Below are positions 12,480-26,994 of a stretch of DNA of 64,000 nucleotides, in pieces; position 1 is the first letter of the stretch; each line of letters begins with the position of its first letter. This stretch comes from Kondoa subrosea. Its lineage: Eukaryota. Below the pieces are notes generated by a model. The model saw only the letters and a program-made list of their open reading frames with translations. It was not told the DNA's origin and did no database searches. The stretch covers positions 3,041,136 through 3,105,135 of the forward strand of contig BCIN01000001.1 in NCBI GenBank assembly GCA_039545335.1, written 5' to 3'. The translations under genes and the position numbers were made by a program.

Positions 12480-13545
12480 ATGAGTGATAAGAGGACTCGA
12501 AAGACTGAGGCTGAAAAAGCTTTTCATAAAGAATCTCGCTGCGGGAATTGCCTTCGGGCAGCTGCTGACCTCAACAGTATGGTCTTTTTATGCATTAATA
12601 TTCATTCGCGATAGCTCACGCCTATTTCTGCTGACAGTACCGAAGCTGCTGATCTGCTCCAAGTGTAAACACACTCATTGTGCGCTGCTGTCACATACTT
12701 CTCTCCGAGTCAGCTGAGATTACAGCAATGCAGACTGTTCGGTATGCTGTGTCATGATTTATCTTCTGCTTCAGGATGACTGAAATTGAATGAATAGCGC
12801 GAATGCCAAACAAAAGATTGGGCACAACATAAAGCTCTTTGCGCCAATAGAATTCTTCAAGAAGTGCAAGGAAAGAATATAGACGATATGTACGCTCAAC
12901 AGCAAGGTCAAGGGCGAAACATACAAACTCGTTATCTAGACTTGAGATCTTGGATCGGCTCCCATACAGTTGTTACCCTCTGTTCCTCAATATGGTATGC
13001 TCTGGATATTTTTACTCGTCCAGAAAATCGACTTGAACAAGCTTTGGTTATTACTTTGAAACGCCGTCAGGATGTTGACGATCCAAAGAGGAGGTATCTG
13101 CTAGTCGATGCGAAAGCTATGTCCTTTGATGAATTGCAAAGACAAGGGGGAAGGGTGAATTGGGTGAACAAGTTAGAGCTGCTCAAGCTCGATATGAAGG
13201 GGTTGACAAGAGCAGGAGAGAAGTGATCGGGGTTGCTATGGTAGTGGCCATGGAAGATGATCGCCTTCTGATAGAGTCCATTGATGATACGTGAGTAATC
13301 TTCGATCAAGGGATATCACAACGAATTTGAGCGTTCATTATAACAGGGCTAATGCAATATACATGCAACCGGTCACGCTTTTTCACGAAGAAGCTGCCAC
13401 CTGGTCGAGGCTGGTGAGACAAGTTCCGCTTCGACTTGAGTATAGCAGATCTGATTGACACTCGTTATAGAAAACGGGAAGGGGACCATTCGATTGGCAG
13501 AGCAGATTAGCTGTGAGGGCTGAAAATGGGATTACAGATGTATAG
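12480..13545 (+). pseudogene. MYND zinc-finger protein, apparently frameshifted near 13215-13222
   Basis: Spliced CGNC...CSKCKHTHYCSRECQTKDWAQHKALC. The frame stops at TGA 13224, but a shifted frame continues through two canonical introns (13291-13346, 13414-13470) to TAG 13543-13545. Confidence 0.65.
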
Positions 13546-13610
13546 ATATACTCGCTCTCTCTGTCGATCCTTAAATATAAGTTTGACTCCGTTTGTTTTT
13601 CTTGTCCATC

Positions 13611-16249
13611 ATGCCTGAACCACTCCGGATTCTCCTAATAGGCAGCGGAGGCCGAGAAGCTGCCTTAGCATGGAAATTGGATGCCTCGACATTGGTTGAA
13701 AAGCTGTACATAGCTCCAGGTTGGTAACTTGACAGAAATTCTTGTTGCAAACTTAAAAGCAAATGCTCTGTATCTCGCTATAGGCAATGGCGGGACATGC
13801 TTCTCTAGCAAATCAGAGAATATCCAAATCAAAGCAAATGAATACAAGGCTCTTGTAGATTTTGCTCTTCACCATCAAGTCAATCTCGTTATACCTGGTC
13901 CAGATCAAGCGCTCGTAGATGGTATTGAGCTATATTTCAGGAAAGTTGGTATCCCAGTCTTTGGGCCTTCACCATCTGCTGCTCGAATGGAAGGCTCCAA
14001 AGCGTTTTCTAAAGATTTCATGGCTCGACATGATATTCCTACTGCTGCTTACAAGCGTTTCACCTCTCACTCTGAAGCTGTTGAATATGTTAAATCAGTC
14101 TCACACGATATTGTTATCAAAGCGGATGGTTTAGCAGCTGGTAAAGGTGTTCTCTTACCGAAAACCAAAGAAGAAGCTTTGAAAGGACTGGAAACTATTA
14201 TGCTAAAGAAAGAATTTGGATCAGCTGGAGATGAAGTAGTGATTGAAGAATTCTTAGAAGGTCAAGAATTGTCTGTTCTAGCGCTTTCAGACGGTTATAC
14301 CATCCTACCTCTTTCACCAAGTCAAGATCATAAAAGAATAGGCGAAGGAGATACAGGTCTCAATACTGGTGGGATGGGAACTTATGCTCCTACGCCTTTA
14401 GCAACATCGGAAATGAATACCAAAATCATGCAAAAAGTACTTCGACCTTCTATTGATGGAATGCGCAAAGAAGGTTTCCCTTTTGTTGGTTGCCTTTTTG
14501 TTGGTTTCATGATCGGTCAAGATGGAGAACCTAAAGTACTCGAATACAATGTTCGCTTTGGTGATCCAGAAACTCAATCTGTTCTTGCTCTGCTGGAAAG
14601 CGATCTGGCTGAAGTGTTACTTGTCAGCTCCTCATCTGCAATACTCCCGCTGGTGTATTAATGATAAGCTTATAGGCAGCGGCTGAACGAAGACTGGATT
14701 CCATAGATCTCAGAATAAAGCAAGGCTTCGCTGTGACTGTAGTCCTTGCCGCAGAAGGTTATCCAGGAGCAGTCAGTAAGGGCAAAGAGATCAGCATCAC
14801 GTCTTTACCAAAAGGTATTCTCTAACCTATTCCCGGAATTCTTCACACTGAGCTTGGGCGAGCCAGATGTTATGGTCTTTCATGCTGGCACTGAGCAGAA
14901 AGATGGTAAAATATACCAATCTGGTGGACGAACTCTCAACGTCACAGCAACTGCTTCGACATTGAAGGAAGCGGTCGATCTCGCATACAAAGGTGTCGAT
15001 TGCTGTTCTTTTTCAGGCATGCAATATCGAAAAGATATTGCTCATCGGTTCGTCTAAAATTGTTAAGATTCCGTTGTTAAGCTTACGGCATGATTTAGAG
15101 CTCTCAAATCAACATCAACAAAAGCGGAAGGCATGACTTATGCTCAAGCGGGAGTCAGCATAGAAGCAGGCAATGATCTAGTCAATCAAATCAAGAAAGT
15201 AGTCAAAAGTACCAAAAGGGCTGGTTCCGATTCAGTCATTGGTGGATTTGGTGGCTTGTTTGATCTCAAAGCAGCTGGGTATGAAGATCCGATCTTGGTT
15301 AGCGGAACAGATGGTGTAGGCACCAAACTGAAAGTCGCCCATTCTATTGGCAAACACGACACGATCGGTATTGATCTTGTCGCTATGAGCGTCAATGATC
15401 TTGTTGTACAAGGAGCCGAACCTCTTTACTTCCTTGATTACTATGCATGCTCAAAATTGGATGTGCAAACGGCAGCTGAGGTGGTTGGTGGAATAGCAGA
15501 AGGATGCAGGCAGTCAAATTGTGCTCTGATTGGAGGAGAGACAGCTGAGATGCCTGGTCTATATCAAGGCGGTATGTGCTCGCTCAAAACGAAGAGTTCA
15601 TTACGTGAATGCTTATTATTCGTTCACGTTTGCAGAGGACTACGATCTCGCAGGCTTTGCGGTCGGAGCAGTGGATCGCAATTCTGTATTACCTCTGCCG
15701 ACTATCAAAGCTGGCGATGTCCTGCTCGGACTCGCTTCCTCTGGTCCTCATTCCAACGGCTTCTCATTGATCCGCAAGATCGTGGAAAAGTCTGGCCTCA
15801 CCTACTCTTCACAAGCACCTTGGGATCCGTCTACAACTATTGGCGAATCTCTGCTGATACCCACACTCATCTATATCCGACAATTGATGCCCCTTCTTCG
15901 CGATTCTCAATACAAAGGTTTGGTCAAAGGCATGTCTCATATCACTGGAGGAGGTTTCCTTGAAAATATCCCTCGCATGCTTCCCTCTTCTCTTGGCGCC
16001 AAAGTGGACGTCACTTCCTACAGTATGCCTCCTGTATTCCAATGGCTCAAAAAGCAAGGCAATGTTGCATCAAAAGAAATGGCAAGAGCTTTCAACTGTG
16101 GCATTGGCATGGTTCTCGTAGTGGATGCGACTGCTGTAGAGAAAGTCAAACTGGCATTAGAAAAGAGTGGAAGTGCAGCTGTATGTGTTTTGGGTCAAGT
16201 CCAGGGAGGCGAGGGCGTAGAACTGATCGGTCTAGAGTCTTGGGAATAA
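13611..16249 (+). CDS. ADE5,7: Bifunctional GAR synthetase / AIR synthetase
   Basis: [46 protein letters not shown] (PurD), then [41 protein letters not shown] (PurM). Confidence 0.97.
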
Positions 16250-16532
16250 TTAGAGAACATGTAACAATTATGACATCTCCTTCAAATCGCTTTCGACAAC
16301 TTAGAAGGACACAAAGTGACAACTGCCATCGAAAAGCATGAAAATGCAAGATACTTCTAGAACCGTGTTTCAGACAGAGAAATGTTAGAATAATCATGCT
16401 ACGAAACCAATATGCCAGCTTGGATGCCTGAACGAATAATTAAGATGAAAGGTTGCTTTTTGAACATTGCCAAGGTGGTATGGACAAAATGTCGTGTATG
16501 TTTGATATTGTATGTGTTTGATAGAACGGAAA

Positions 16533-19500
16533 TTAAGAAATGATGCAGTCTTTGCCGGTCGTACTTTGATGTTTCTTGTGAAGTCGGGCTCCGCTCACTT
16601 TACTATCGACTGACATTCGATTCGCATCGTGGGAAGAGAAGCGCCTGAATCTTCTGTTGGAAGAGGCGCCAAGTGGTTGGGTTGCGAAAGCTTCTTGCGC
16701 AAGGGGAGGGGTTTTCTTCAAGGATGAAGTATCTGATTTAGGCAGCGAGCCGCTATTGCTCGAGTTGTCCAAGCCAGGTAGGTCCGAGGAAGTTCTGAAT
16801 GCGCTGGGTCTTCGCATCAGTTCAGGTTGATGGCTGTCTTCGCTGGCCGAAGGCGAATCTTTAGCCCTTCTCTTCAGACCGAGTTTATTGAACATATTGT
16901 TATTTGGTGCAGGAGCAGAAGGCACCAAAGACGGCATTGACATCGAAGAGAGATGGTTGGAAGATATGTATGGTTGATTATCGTCGTGATGAGCCAACAA
17001 GGATGCCCGAAGGTTGCAAGCCTTTGATGACTTGACCGAGCACTTGGCGTGACAAATTAAACCACAGCTTTCGCAAAGGACCGCCTTGCCGTGCCGCTTG
17101 ATTTGCTCGTGACACAGCTTGCACGCAATAGCTAAATGGGCCGATGAGCGCTGCTAGATTCGTGAATCTCTATGCGCGTACCTTTCGAGAATGAGGTCTT
17201 CACGAAAGAGTGAACGGCGAATTCTGGCAGACTTGGAGGATCCTCTACATCCGGAGTCGCGGCCGACAGAGTGAAGGACTAGATGATCAATTAGTATCAA
17301 TTCAGCGAGCCCGCAAGCGACACACCAGAGGTGAAAATTGCGGCATGACCACGTCTAACGGAGCTTTTGATATACGCCGGCCCTCTTCGTCTTGCTGGAA
17401 GCCGAAAGTACTAGGAAAATCTTCCGGTGGAGTAGGGTAGGAAGACGATCTTGCAAGATCATGAATATGAGGTTCAAACACCTGACCTGGCGAATTAGTC
17501 AGCAGCGTCGATGTTGGAGACGAGCTGAATCGTTCAAGCTGAGGAAGACTGGGGCTATAACTGCCACTCAAATTCTGCCGCCTAATTTCTGTCGATATAC
17601 GTCGCAAGAAGGGAATGGAGTCTTGAGGATTGATATCCTAGTATCGAGGCTGTTAGTTGAGCCCCATTATCGTAATGTATATATACCTTCATTGGATCCC
17701 AGCATTTCTTCAGCCATAGATGATTCGAAAGGGTCTCAGCGCTAGGAAAATGCTTTAGCTATGCCGATGATGGGAATGAATGTGATTACCTCGGCCTGTC
17801 TTTCGGATTTTTGGCAAAGCACAAATTGAGGAAGTGGTACAGCTCTTCAGAGCATCTAGGTGGTATAGGAGGAGTATCATCTTCCACTATGCGGTACATG
17901 GCGGTGAGACTGATCAAGTCTGCGTAAGGAGGTTTGCCAGTGATCATCTCGACGATAGTGCAGCCAAGAGACCAGATATCGGAAGCGGTTGATGCACCTT
18001 GTAGCTGGATGACTTCGGGAGCCATCCAATTCGGTGTACCGCTGACATCGCTCTTATTGCGGACTGCGTTAAGCTGAAGGGAAACACCGAAATCGCCAAT
18101 CTTGATGTTTCCGCTTTTCGTCGAGAGAATGTTTGCGCATTTCAGATCACAGTGCTATGTAAGCGATCAGTATCCTCTACAAGGCAGATGTTTTGGACCT
18201 ACCACTATGCGATTCTTGTGGAGGTGGTTTAAGCCCTCTAGTATTTTGACCACATAACTTGCTACCAAGGCTTCCGGAAACTCGCCAAAGGCTTTCAGTG
18301 TATGTAACAGCGAGCCATTTTCCACAAATCTGTCGTGAAAATTAGCTTGCAGCACAATTTGAATGGAATGCCTTACTCAAGAATCAAATTGAGGTAATGT
18401 TCTGTCCGAACAAGACCTTCGTATCGGACGATGCTCGGGTGGGAGACGCTTCGTAAGACCTCGACCTCTGTAGCTAATTGTAGGATCTCTTCTTCCGTTT
18501 TACCTTCGAGTTTGATCCGCTTGACAGCTACTACTCGACCGCTGTTGAGATTCAAAGCCTTATAAACCGAACCAAATTGACCACGACCGATACACTCGCC
18601 AAGTTGCTACATATTAATGTATGAGCGTCTCAAGCAAGCCTCCAGAACCAGACACAACATACATAAGTTCGAGCTGTTTTGCCAGGCTCCCTGACCACAA
18701 TTTTCATTCTCCCACCAACGGATAAGGAGTCCGATCTCGACAAAGCTGAGGTAGCGTAGCCGTGCTCTTCGCTTCTAGTTGACTCTGCGACTTCGCTCTC
18801 ATGCCTTGGTCGACCTGGTGATGCCTCTAAAGCTGATCTTGGTCCCATATGTAATTCAGAGCTTTAAAATCCCTGATGAATGAAGACACTGCCGATAAAA
18901 GAAATGAACTTACTTCCAACGTTTATGCCGCGGTCGATTTTTAGATGTGACAGACAAAGCTGAGACTGTATCTTCTGGGTCGTTTTCATCAGGAGATGTA
19001 TCTCTCAGTTTTGATGCGCGAGGAAACGGAACAGAAGAAGCTATAGACTCGAAAGATTCGGCTGAGAGTGGTCGAATTTTGCGATTGACGTTCAAGAGTT
19101 CGGATATAGATCGATCTGGAATAGAAGAAGCAGAAGAAGAGATGGAGCGTTGAAGACTAGGTCGGTAAGAAGATTTGGGAGGTCGATTAGGTCTGGCAGG
19201 TGAGCAGCTTGCGAAACCGGAATCTGTTGTTTCAGGTGGAGGTTCGCTTGCCCGCTTCTTTGGTGCTATCAGACCAGAGTGAGAGCCAGCTTTCGGTGCT
19301 ACCTTTGGCCGAACATGCAATGACGGTTTGCGGATAGCTTGAACTTCTGAACCGGGCTCTGCCTCTTGTACGGTAGTCAAGTTGACAGCTGTATCTGACA
19401 AGCGCCGATCCAAGCCATAGAAACGTGCAGCCTTACGACTACCTTCCAGCGAGACCTCACTCGCGCTGAACGAAACTTGTGATCGCTTCTCCCTAACCGC

Positions 19501-20540
19501 GGGTGAATATTTGGTAGGACTGGAAGATATGTGTTTGCGAGTGCGGTTCAGCATACTAGGTGAATCATCCTCTATGGAGTCTGGACTTTCAGAAGGCTTT
19601 GGCGTATTCCCTAGGGAGATTGCGCGCCCAGGGCGAATTTCCGAGGGAGGTTTATATTCGTCTTCGGGCCGAACAGCGGTTGCAACAGCTAATATAGTAT
19701 GGAGAACCCTACTGAAAGGGTCAGGGAGACCTTCGCTGAGATCGTCGACGGTAAAGAGGTCGTCAGGGTGCAGAAATAGTTGCTTTTGCGCGCCATCAAG
19801 AAATCGAGCAATATTCTGTCTTCGTACTATGGTAGATTCCGAGTGCCTTATATTTGATAGAGAATTGGGAAAGAATCGGTTCAGAAGCCTAAGAAGGAGA
19901 AAACATCAGACATTCACATATCGTAAAATTTCAGAGACACTGACCAGCAGAGAAGGACCCCATCTCTCAGGCTTTTCCATAAAGCATACCCGTCAGGATC
20001 GTAAGTAGACCAAGCCAGCCAAGGCTGTTCCAGCTCTTCCTCTACATTTTCATCTACCAACGCATTCGCTCCCAGCTCATGGCTCAGAAATCTCTTGACT
20101 CTAGCGACCAATTCAGTGTAACGAATAGCAGCACTGTGATCTACCGGAGGAGCTTTTCTTTTGGGCGTGATGTTATGGGTCAAAGTGGAAGCGGATGTCA
20201 GAGATATAGAATCTGCCGGTAAAGAGCGAGTGTCCAGACTTGAGGGGAAGTAACTACTTGCAGAAGAAGCTAAGAAAGAGTGTTGCGGTTCGGGGTAGTC
20301 AGTGGGCCCATTTAATTTGGCTAAAGCTTGGTCTCGTTGTGATTCGATAGATCTGGCCAAACTTGCTGGAGAAGGCAATGGCGATACAGCAGCTGTTCCT
20401 TTTCCATTTAAGCTTCCCTCCTTCGAAGATGTCCGATGTAGATCACTCGTCGACATGGACTTCTGTGAATTGAGCCTCCGACCCCTTGACCCTTCATCGA
20501 CTTCAGCCGCTTTCGCTTTGCCCTTGAGGAAGAGATGCAT
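16533..20540 (-). CDS. STE-group Cdc15/Cdc7-like Ser/Thr kinase with N-terminal CH domain and C-terminal C1 domain
   Basis: IGRGQFG, VAVKRI, HCDLKCAN, GDFG and GTPNWMAPEVI. CH-like LRDGVLLC...NIARFL. C1-like HSFVKTSFSK..CKLC...CESCGLICHAKC. Start codon uncertain. Confidence 0.85.
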
Positions 20541-21117
20541 CTTCACGAGATCCAGTAGCCTATCTCTGCTTGGCGGCCTCCGTCTGAGGGAGGTAGCTGA
20601 ACTTAAGGCAGAGAGTTTGTGATGAGCAATCTAGGCCGAGTCGTGTGACAGGCAGCGGATCCAGCTGAGCATTCCCAGAACGTGTGATACGATGCGCTAG
20701 TTAATGTACAACGCCAAAGTGCGGGCGGCCCAAGCGAAGTTGCTTGGATAATCAAGTTTGCTGGCCGAAATGAGTGTAGAGTAAGCGGTATATAACGAGT
20801 CAGGGTATAATAGATGCAGGACGAGCTTTGCTTTAAGGGGTAATCCAAGATCGCGGTATATAGAAGTGTATCAACTCCAAGCTTCGAAAGATTTCAGTCT
20901 TGTCTGCTTGAGCTGAACTGAACAATAACACTGTACAGTCTGATTAATACAAGGAAGAGGGGATGCCCAGAGAATTATCCTTGATATCCCGTAGTAGAGC
21001 GCTCCTTCCAAACCATCGCCTACACTTCGCCTACCCACGCGACTCGCCAGAGCGGCCAAAGAAGAGCCGCAACTTCTCCTTGGCTCCTTAGAACTTGTCG
21101 ATAGATTGACCCCAATG

Positions 21118-24100
21118 TTAGAGCGAAGTCACGAGGGAAAACTATAAATCGGTCAGCTAAGCATTCTAGACTGCCGACAGAAAACTAACCATGACCACTA
21201 CGCGGCGAGGCGAGGAAGCTGTCAGATCTAGAACCGATAGAAAATGCTTAGACTGCCCACCTTCTTGGCTTGAGGTAGCTATCCGAAGCAAGATCTTGCG
21301 GAATTGACGCACGGTTGCTGTCGGAAGATCGGATTCCAAGCGCTGGAAAGCTTCGACGTCCATAGCCCACAATACAGAATCTCTTTCTGCCGTCAATGTA
21401 GACGTCCGCGGCATGTCTGAAAGAAAGCTGAGTTCTCCCGCAACGCTGAGCCAAAATCAGGTCAGATTAGTTTGCACAAAAAGCGGGAAGAGCTTACCTA
21501 GCAGGAAGCATTGTCTCTACCAGAGAATGCTGCAAGTCATACATTTCTCGGACCAGCTTGAGTGCACCGACTTCAATGAGGTAGAAACGTGAGGCAGCAT
21601 CTCCATCTCGCCAGAGAACGGTGCCCTTTTCGACATGAAGCTTCGTAAAAAACGGAACGAGCTGGAAGAAAAACGATTGCGCATCGCTGACTTCATGAGC
21701 ATATGTCGAGAACGCTTGCATAAGAAGAGGAAGAGGTTGAGCGAGGTTGATGCGTCTTGGTGTTGAAGGTTTGCCTAGACCGATAGTGTCTTTTGCAGCT
21801 TCGAAGAGGTGCAACCGCCGCGGAGAATGACTGAAAGCTGAAGGTGTACCAGAATATAGCGAAGGAGAAGTGACGAGACTGTGGTTTGCGAGGGGCCCGA
21901 TGTGCGATTCTTCTATTCCCACAGTAGGCAGTGCGAGATCTTTGGAATAGAGAGACCTTAGTTGACAGTTTTCGCAATGCTAGGAAGTGTATCAATATCA
22001 TCGCAAAGCACGTACGAAGGGTCGGTCTTACCTCGAGAGCATCATTTAGCTTCTCGAACACTTCGACACGTAAAGTTTCCTCCCCAGCCCAAAGATTGAC
22101 TGCTCTGAGTGCCTTACCAACTGAGGAATCTGGCAAACAGCCGCAAAGTATGAGAAGGACGTTTTTGGCCTCGCATAGCCGCTGTATTCGTAGAAGAGCC
22201 TCTGCGGCGCTAAAGTCGACTCCTGTAACTATATTCAGCTTACGACTAACCGCAATAGAAGATGGCATACCGCTGACAAGCTTGAAGTCGAGTACGAGAA
22301 AGCGAACTGGTTTTTCTGCCCACATAGCAGCTTCAAGCAGCGACTTTATTGTAGTCTCGCATCTTGAAGCAGTTCCAAAGAAAATCTGCCCTTGAAGCTT
22401 GATGATCCGTATTTGGGAACCGACTTCCTTCAGGAAGTTGCTTTGTTGCTGTGTGAGGGGTCAGATTTGCCTGAATACATAATTGGGGCAGCTCACAGGA
22501 TGTCTTCGGACTGTAGACCTAGCAGTAGCGCCTGTTATGATGCGGCGCACAGATGCTCTTTGCGAAGATGTAACCACAAAAGAGATGCAAGCAACGACAA
22601 TACCAACTCCGATGCCGACGATGAAGTCCACAAAGGTCTGCAGCGGAATCAGATGGAATGTCATTGTCAGCCTCAAGAAAACGAACCATGACTAGGATGA
22701 TGATCCAAATTGTAATGTATTCAAAGCGCGAGACTCTTCCCCATGTGTCATAGCAAGCTTCTTTCAAGAGATCAAGACCAAGAAGGTAGATCAGAGCGCC
22801 TGATCAACCGTAAACAGATTATCATCGAAGCACAATTGCCACATACCAACAACCATAACTGTTGCATATTGTCAGTATAATGCCAAAACAAGTAGGTGCA
22901 GCTAACCCGGAAGAAGACCTATTACTTTGGGACCGACCATCATGACCGCTGCAGTTGCTCCTGCAAGCATAAAGCCAGAAAGACGACTCGTTCCTCCAAC
23001 TCTGCAAAGATATGAGCAGCTGGCATCAAGACCATTCTGGCACTGACCGATAGAAAAGGACCGAGTTGGTGTACACTATTACGAGATCAGTGTATACTAG
23101 ACCGAAGTGGGTGGTGTGCGCACCAAGATAATTGGGCACACTCCCAATGAGACCCGATATAAGATTGCTCAATCCGTGATTGACTAGTTCATTATCTGTT
23201 TTCAGGTTGTCTTCCGATATCGAGAGCGCTAAAGCAGGGACATTTAGAGGAACATGAAGCATAGCAAAGAAGACCAGCGCGAGTTGTGTAGGGATTGTTG
23301 CGACTAGAGCACCATAGTCGACCTGACGAAAGTCTAGACAACAGTCAGACGCGATTAAGATCACTAGCGGGCATGACTCACTGAAGAGACTCCAAAATTC
23401 GTAAAAGGGCGTCTGGATGTCACCCAGATCAAAAACCCAACCGGTAGAACGAAGTTGCGCCAGGGGCATGCGTAGAATAGCCATAGATATTATGTAGAAA
23501 ACAGCTGCCACAATGCAGACTACGGCAAAACGTTAGTAACACGATGACTGTTCGTTGCAAAGCTCCACTCACAGAAGCCAGGAATGATGAGTGGATGGGT
23601 ATAATATGCTGTTATCAGTCGAAGGAATATACAGAGGGCCAAAGGTATCGTCTAACAAAATCGTAAGCGATAAAGAAGGGAAGAGGCGTAGCATACCCAA
23701 AGTGGAAGGATATCGTTGCCGAAGAACATTTGAACAGTAGACCAGCTCAAGGCAGGTATCGACTCTTCGTCTAAACGAGCGGTGACTTGTAGGCTATAAC
23801 TCGGTCAGGTCCCTGCCAAATGGATTCAAAAATGGGCAGCTTACCCGGTAATCATCAGCTGTGAGATGCATACTCAGTATACCCTACGATCATCGTAGAC
23901 TAAGACTCACGAATGCTCCAATACCGCCTATACAGCCAACTAGAATATGTCGAGGGAAGAATTCGAGCAGTATCCCCATTCTGTAGGGTTTGGCTCGCTT
24001 AAAAGCATTCTTGAAATGCTAAAAGCCGCTGAACCTACTTCAGAGCACCAAGAAGGAAGAACACTAGGCCAGTAAGTATAGATGACATAGCAAAGGCGAC

Positions 24101-25432
24101 CATGACTGTCGGGATGACTTGAGTTGGGTTGTCCGCGCCGGTGTATGCAGTGATAGCAAAGACCAGCGAGTGAAAGAAAGGCTATTAGAGTATCTGAGAC
24201 GACTGTCCTAGGTACCCAGATCCTGACTTACCACCACTTCTATCACTACACGGGAAACAAAGTTCAGCTCGTGAAACTCTGATCGGAGCGCAAGATCCTA
24301 CTCATGGACCCATTTCCACCTTTAAAGATACTTCGACTGCTAACGACCAGTTGCGAGACTATACAAGAGACGAAGAACCTAGAGAACTGATCAGAAGTGT
24401 TCTTTCGCTACAATCTGGTCGCACACATTGAAACACCTATTCCCCCAAAGTCTGCAAATATGGGTGTCGTAGGAAACATAATCCTGTAAACACAGACGCT
24501 GTTTAGCTGAGTGCAGCGAAAGCAAGAGCCTCGGCTTACAGGCCATAAGAAACGCCATCGAGCAAATTCAGCAGTATTCCGAGGATAGTAGCAGGTAAAT
24601 ATTGTATCGGCGCTTTGATGGCTGCTGCAATGCTTCGAGGGGAAAAGACCTCTTTGGCTGATTTATCGGGCAATAGTTGTTTTGACGATCGCCGTATTGC
24701 AGAATGTCTTGATTGAGATCAGCATGTCACCAATAAGAGTTGATGACCTGCTCACAAGTGCTGCCAAATTCCTTGCGAAGAAGATGTTTGCGGTTCTATC
24801 CCATATTTGCTAGCCAGCAACGGCGTTCTCTCGTCCAATATTTCTTCGTCTGCATCAATGATCACAGCTTCTACTTCCGTAAAGACTTCCGCAACAGTCG
24901 GTAGGTCATTCTTATGCTGTTCTTGCCCGTCTCCCTTGATCATTAGATCTTTATCTTCCGGTGGGCTTCCTCGAACAGTTGAAGAACCGCTTTCGGGTGT
25001 CGAAGAAGAAGTTTCAGAAGGAGAAGATGGATTCTTTTGATTGAAGATCTGACTCAAACCACTAGGCGCAACAGGCGTTGTACCAGGTGTAGCTTTAGGT
25101 GTGGTTTCTCTTTCCCATAATGTTCCTTCACTCGGTTTCATGGAAGCTTTTCTTGTATTCAGTACCACAGGAGGTGATTGTGGAGGTGGTAATCTGTCAT
25201 TGACGAATGCCAAAGAGCCTAATTGTACTGAGCCTTCGCGAATATCGAAACTGTTCTGGGTCCAATTGTTTGAGTCTTGCAATGAGAAGGGAGTATGAGC
25301 GACGTAGGATCTTCCCATAGGTAAGGATATGCCACTGCGAGTCCCATTGGAAGAGGAATCGTCTTGTCCATCATCTGAAGGTTGTCGCATATTAGGTCTG
25401 CTTGACGAGGAACTGCTGAATCTTCGGGCCAT
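21118..25432 (-). CDS. SLC26/SulP-family transporter with STAS and cyclic-nucleotide-binding domains (yeast Vsb1/Ygr125w-like)
   Basis: [68 protein letters not shown] and a cNMP-like FYLIEVG..ETML region. Many introns. Confidence 0.88.
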
Positions 25433-25904
25433 GTCGAGGGACAGGATCAAGAGAAGAGTAGATTATAGTCCCATTCAGCCCAGCAACGGGTTCCACAGTA
25501 CAGCGGTGCTCAAAATGCACAGGTTGACAAAATAGTGTAGAAGCTTAAGAGCAAGTGCACAGCCGAAGGCTCTGACAGACAATTGGAATTCGGAGTAGCC
25601 TGGAGTTCGAGCAATCGCCTAAGGTATAGAGCAGCGCGGATATGCCAAAGCCTTTCGAGTATATCGGTCGTCAACGGAAATGCATGATAAGCGGATCTGA
25701 TCGAACTGAACGATAGGCTGTTTATTACAAGTATAAATTACATGCGGCTCAGTTCTAATATGCGATGCAAGCAGATTCCATGCTTCTTCTTCTTCCGTAT
25801 AGATGAAATATTGACTGCGCAGATTGCCAAGCGTTTCAGCATTCAATAGCATCCAAAAAAGAAAGGATCCAGCTCACTGAGAAGCAAGCTTCGGATATAG
25901 GGTA

Positions 25905-26994
25905 TTACAATAGAGTCGTTTCCAGAGTCCAAATGCGCCTTGCCCAAACTCGAAGTGTTTGTTGATCTTGAGCTTGACCGTTTGATGAAGGTATCTCGAC
26001 TTCTGTTGCATCCCACCAGCATTTTCTCTGTGGACATGTCCCATCTCAGTGATCTGCGTCGAACCATCTCCTAACGAGCACACTTACAGCAGGTTTCCGC
26101 CAGAAGAGCAATAATTTCTGTGCCGTCGCTAACTGCGCCGCATTGACAGCAGGAACATTCTTCGCTTCCTCTGGTGTTTGAGCATGCGAGATACCAGTTT
26201 TGAGAAGACACAGTGCAATGCTGGTAATACAGCATCGATTCGGTTCCATAGCTCTATAGCCCCAAGTATCTTCTCGATCGAAGCCGCTGTGACACAAAAT
26301 GCTTATTGAACACATCATTTGTGCTCAACGCAAGCTGCTCACCTCATACATAGCATATCTATCAAATGCTGTTCTGCAACATTATTTTCCCGATTGACAT
26401 TCCTTTGCAGAGCAGTAAAGATGCTCTGCTTTTCCAGCAACCCTTCTCCACATGATCGTTTGAGGTTCGTCAACGCTTGATTCGGAAACCCTTCGTTGTC
26501 CGTTGCAGGATGCGAATCGTTTGTCAGAGTTGAAGAACCTGCCATCTTCTTTGGTGGAATAGCAAAGTACTCTAGCTCTTCCCTTAATACAATGATAGCT
26601 TGCTTATGAAAGAGCGGGTTTTGAGAAGACCCGTTATTGCTATCATCTAGCATGGGCCGTTTTGGAGCCAGAGCTGTACCATAGAAGTCTTCTCTAGCTG
26701 TGTCAAAGAAGGCTAGTATATATTGCAGGCACGAGCTGTCGAACTGTGTTCCATCCAGAGTCAGGACATTCGATGCTCTCAAGCGCATAACAACAATCAA
26801 CTCACGTCAACGAAATAGACATCCTCCGAGTCCTCTGCTGCTTCTCCACCTTCCAGCGACTGTTGCTGCCTTGTAGGGTTGAGCACCACGCCATTCGGGA
26901 ACAGGCAGAGCAAAATGCTTTCAGGTAAAGCCATCAAGCTTTCTCGTTCTATCGAGAAGCGGTCGCCGCGCAGGTCTAGAGATATCTTATCCAT
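25905..26994 (-). CDS. WHI2: Whi2-like growth regulator / phosphatase activator
   Basis: SLMALPESILLCLFPNG, IIVLREELEYF, EQHLIDMLC, WGYR, KLLLFWRKPARKCWWD and VWARRIWTLE. Confidence 0.88.

Noticed and set aside
19511..20008. Antisense ORFs in the ORF track (also 28913-29242, 35539-35913, 55446-55871)
   Set aside because: Shadows of real coding sequence on the opposite strand.
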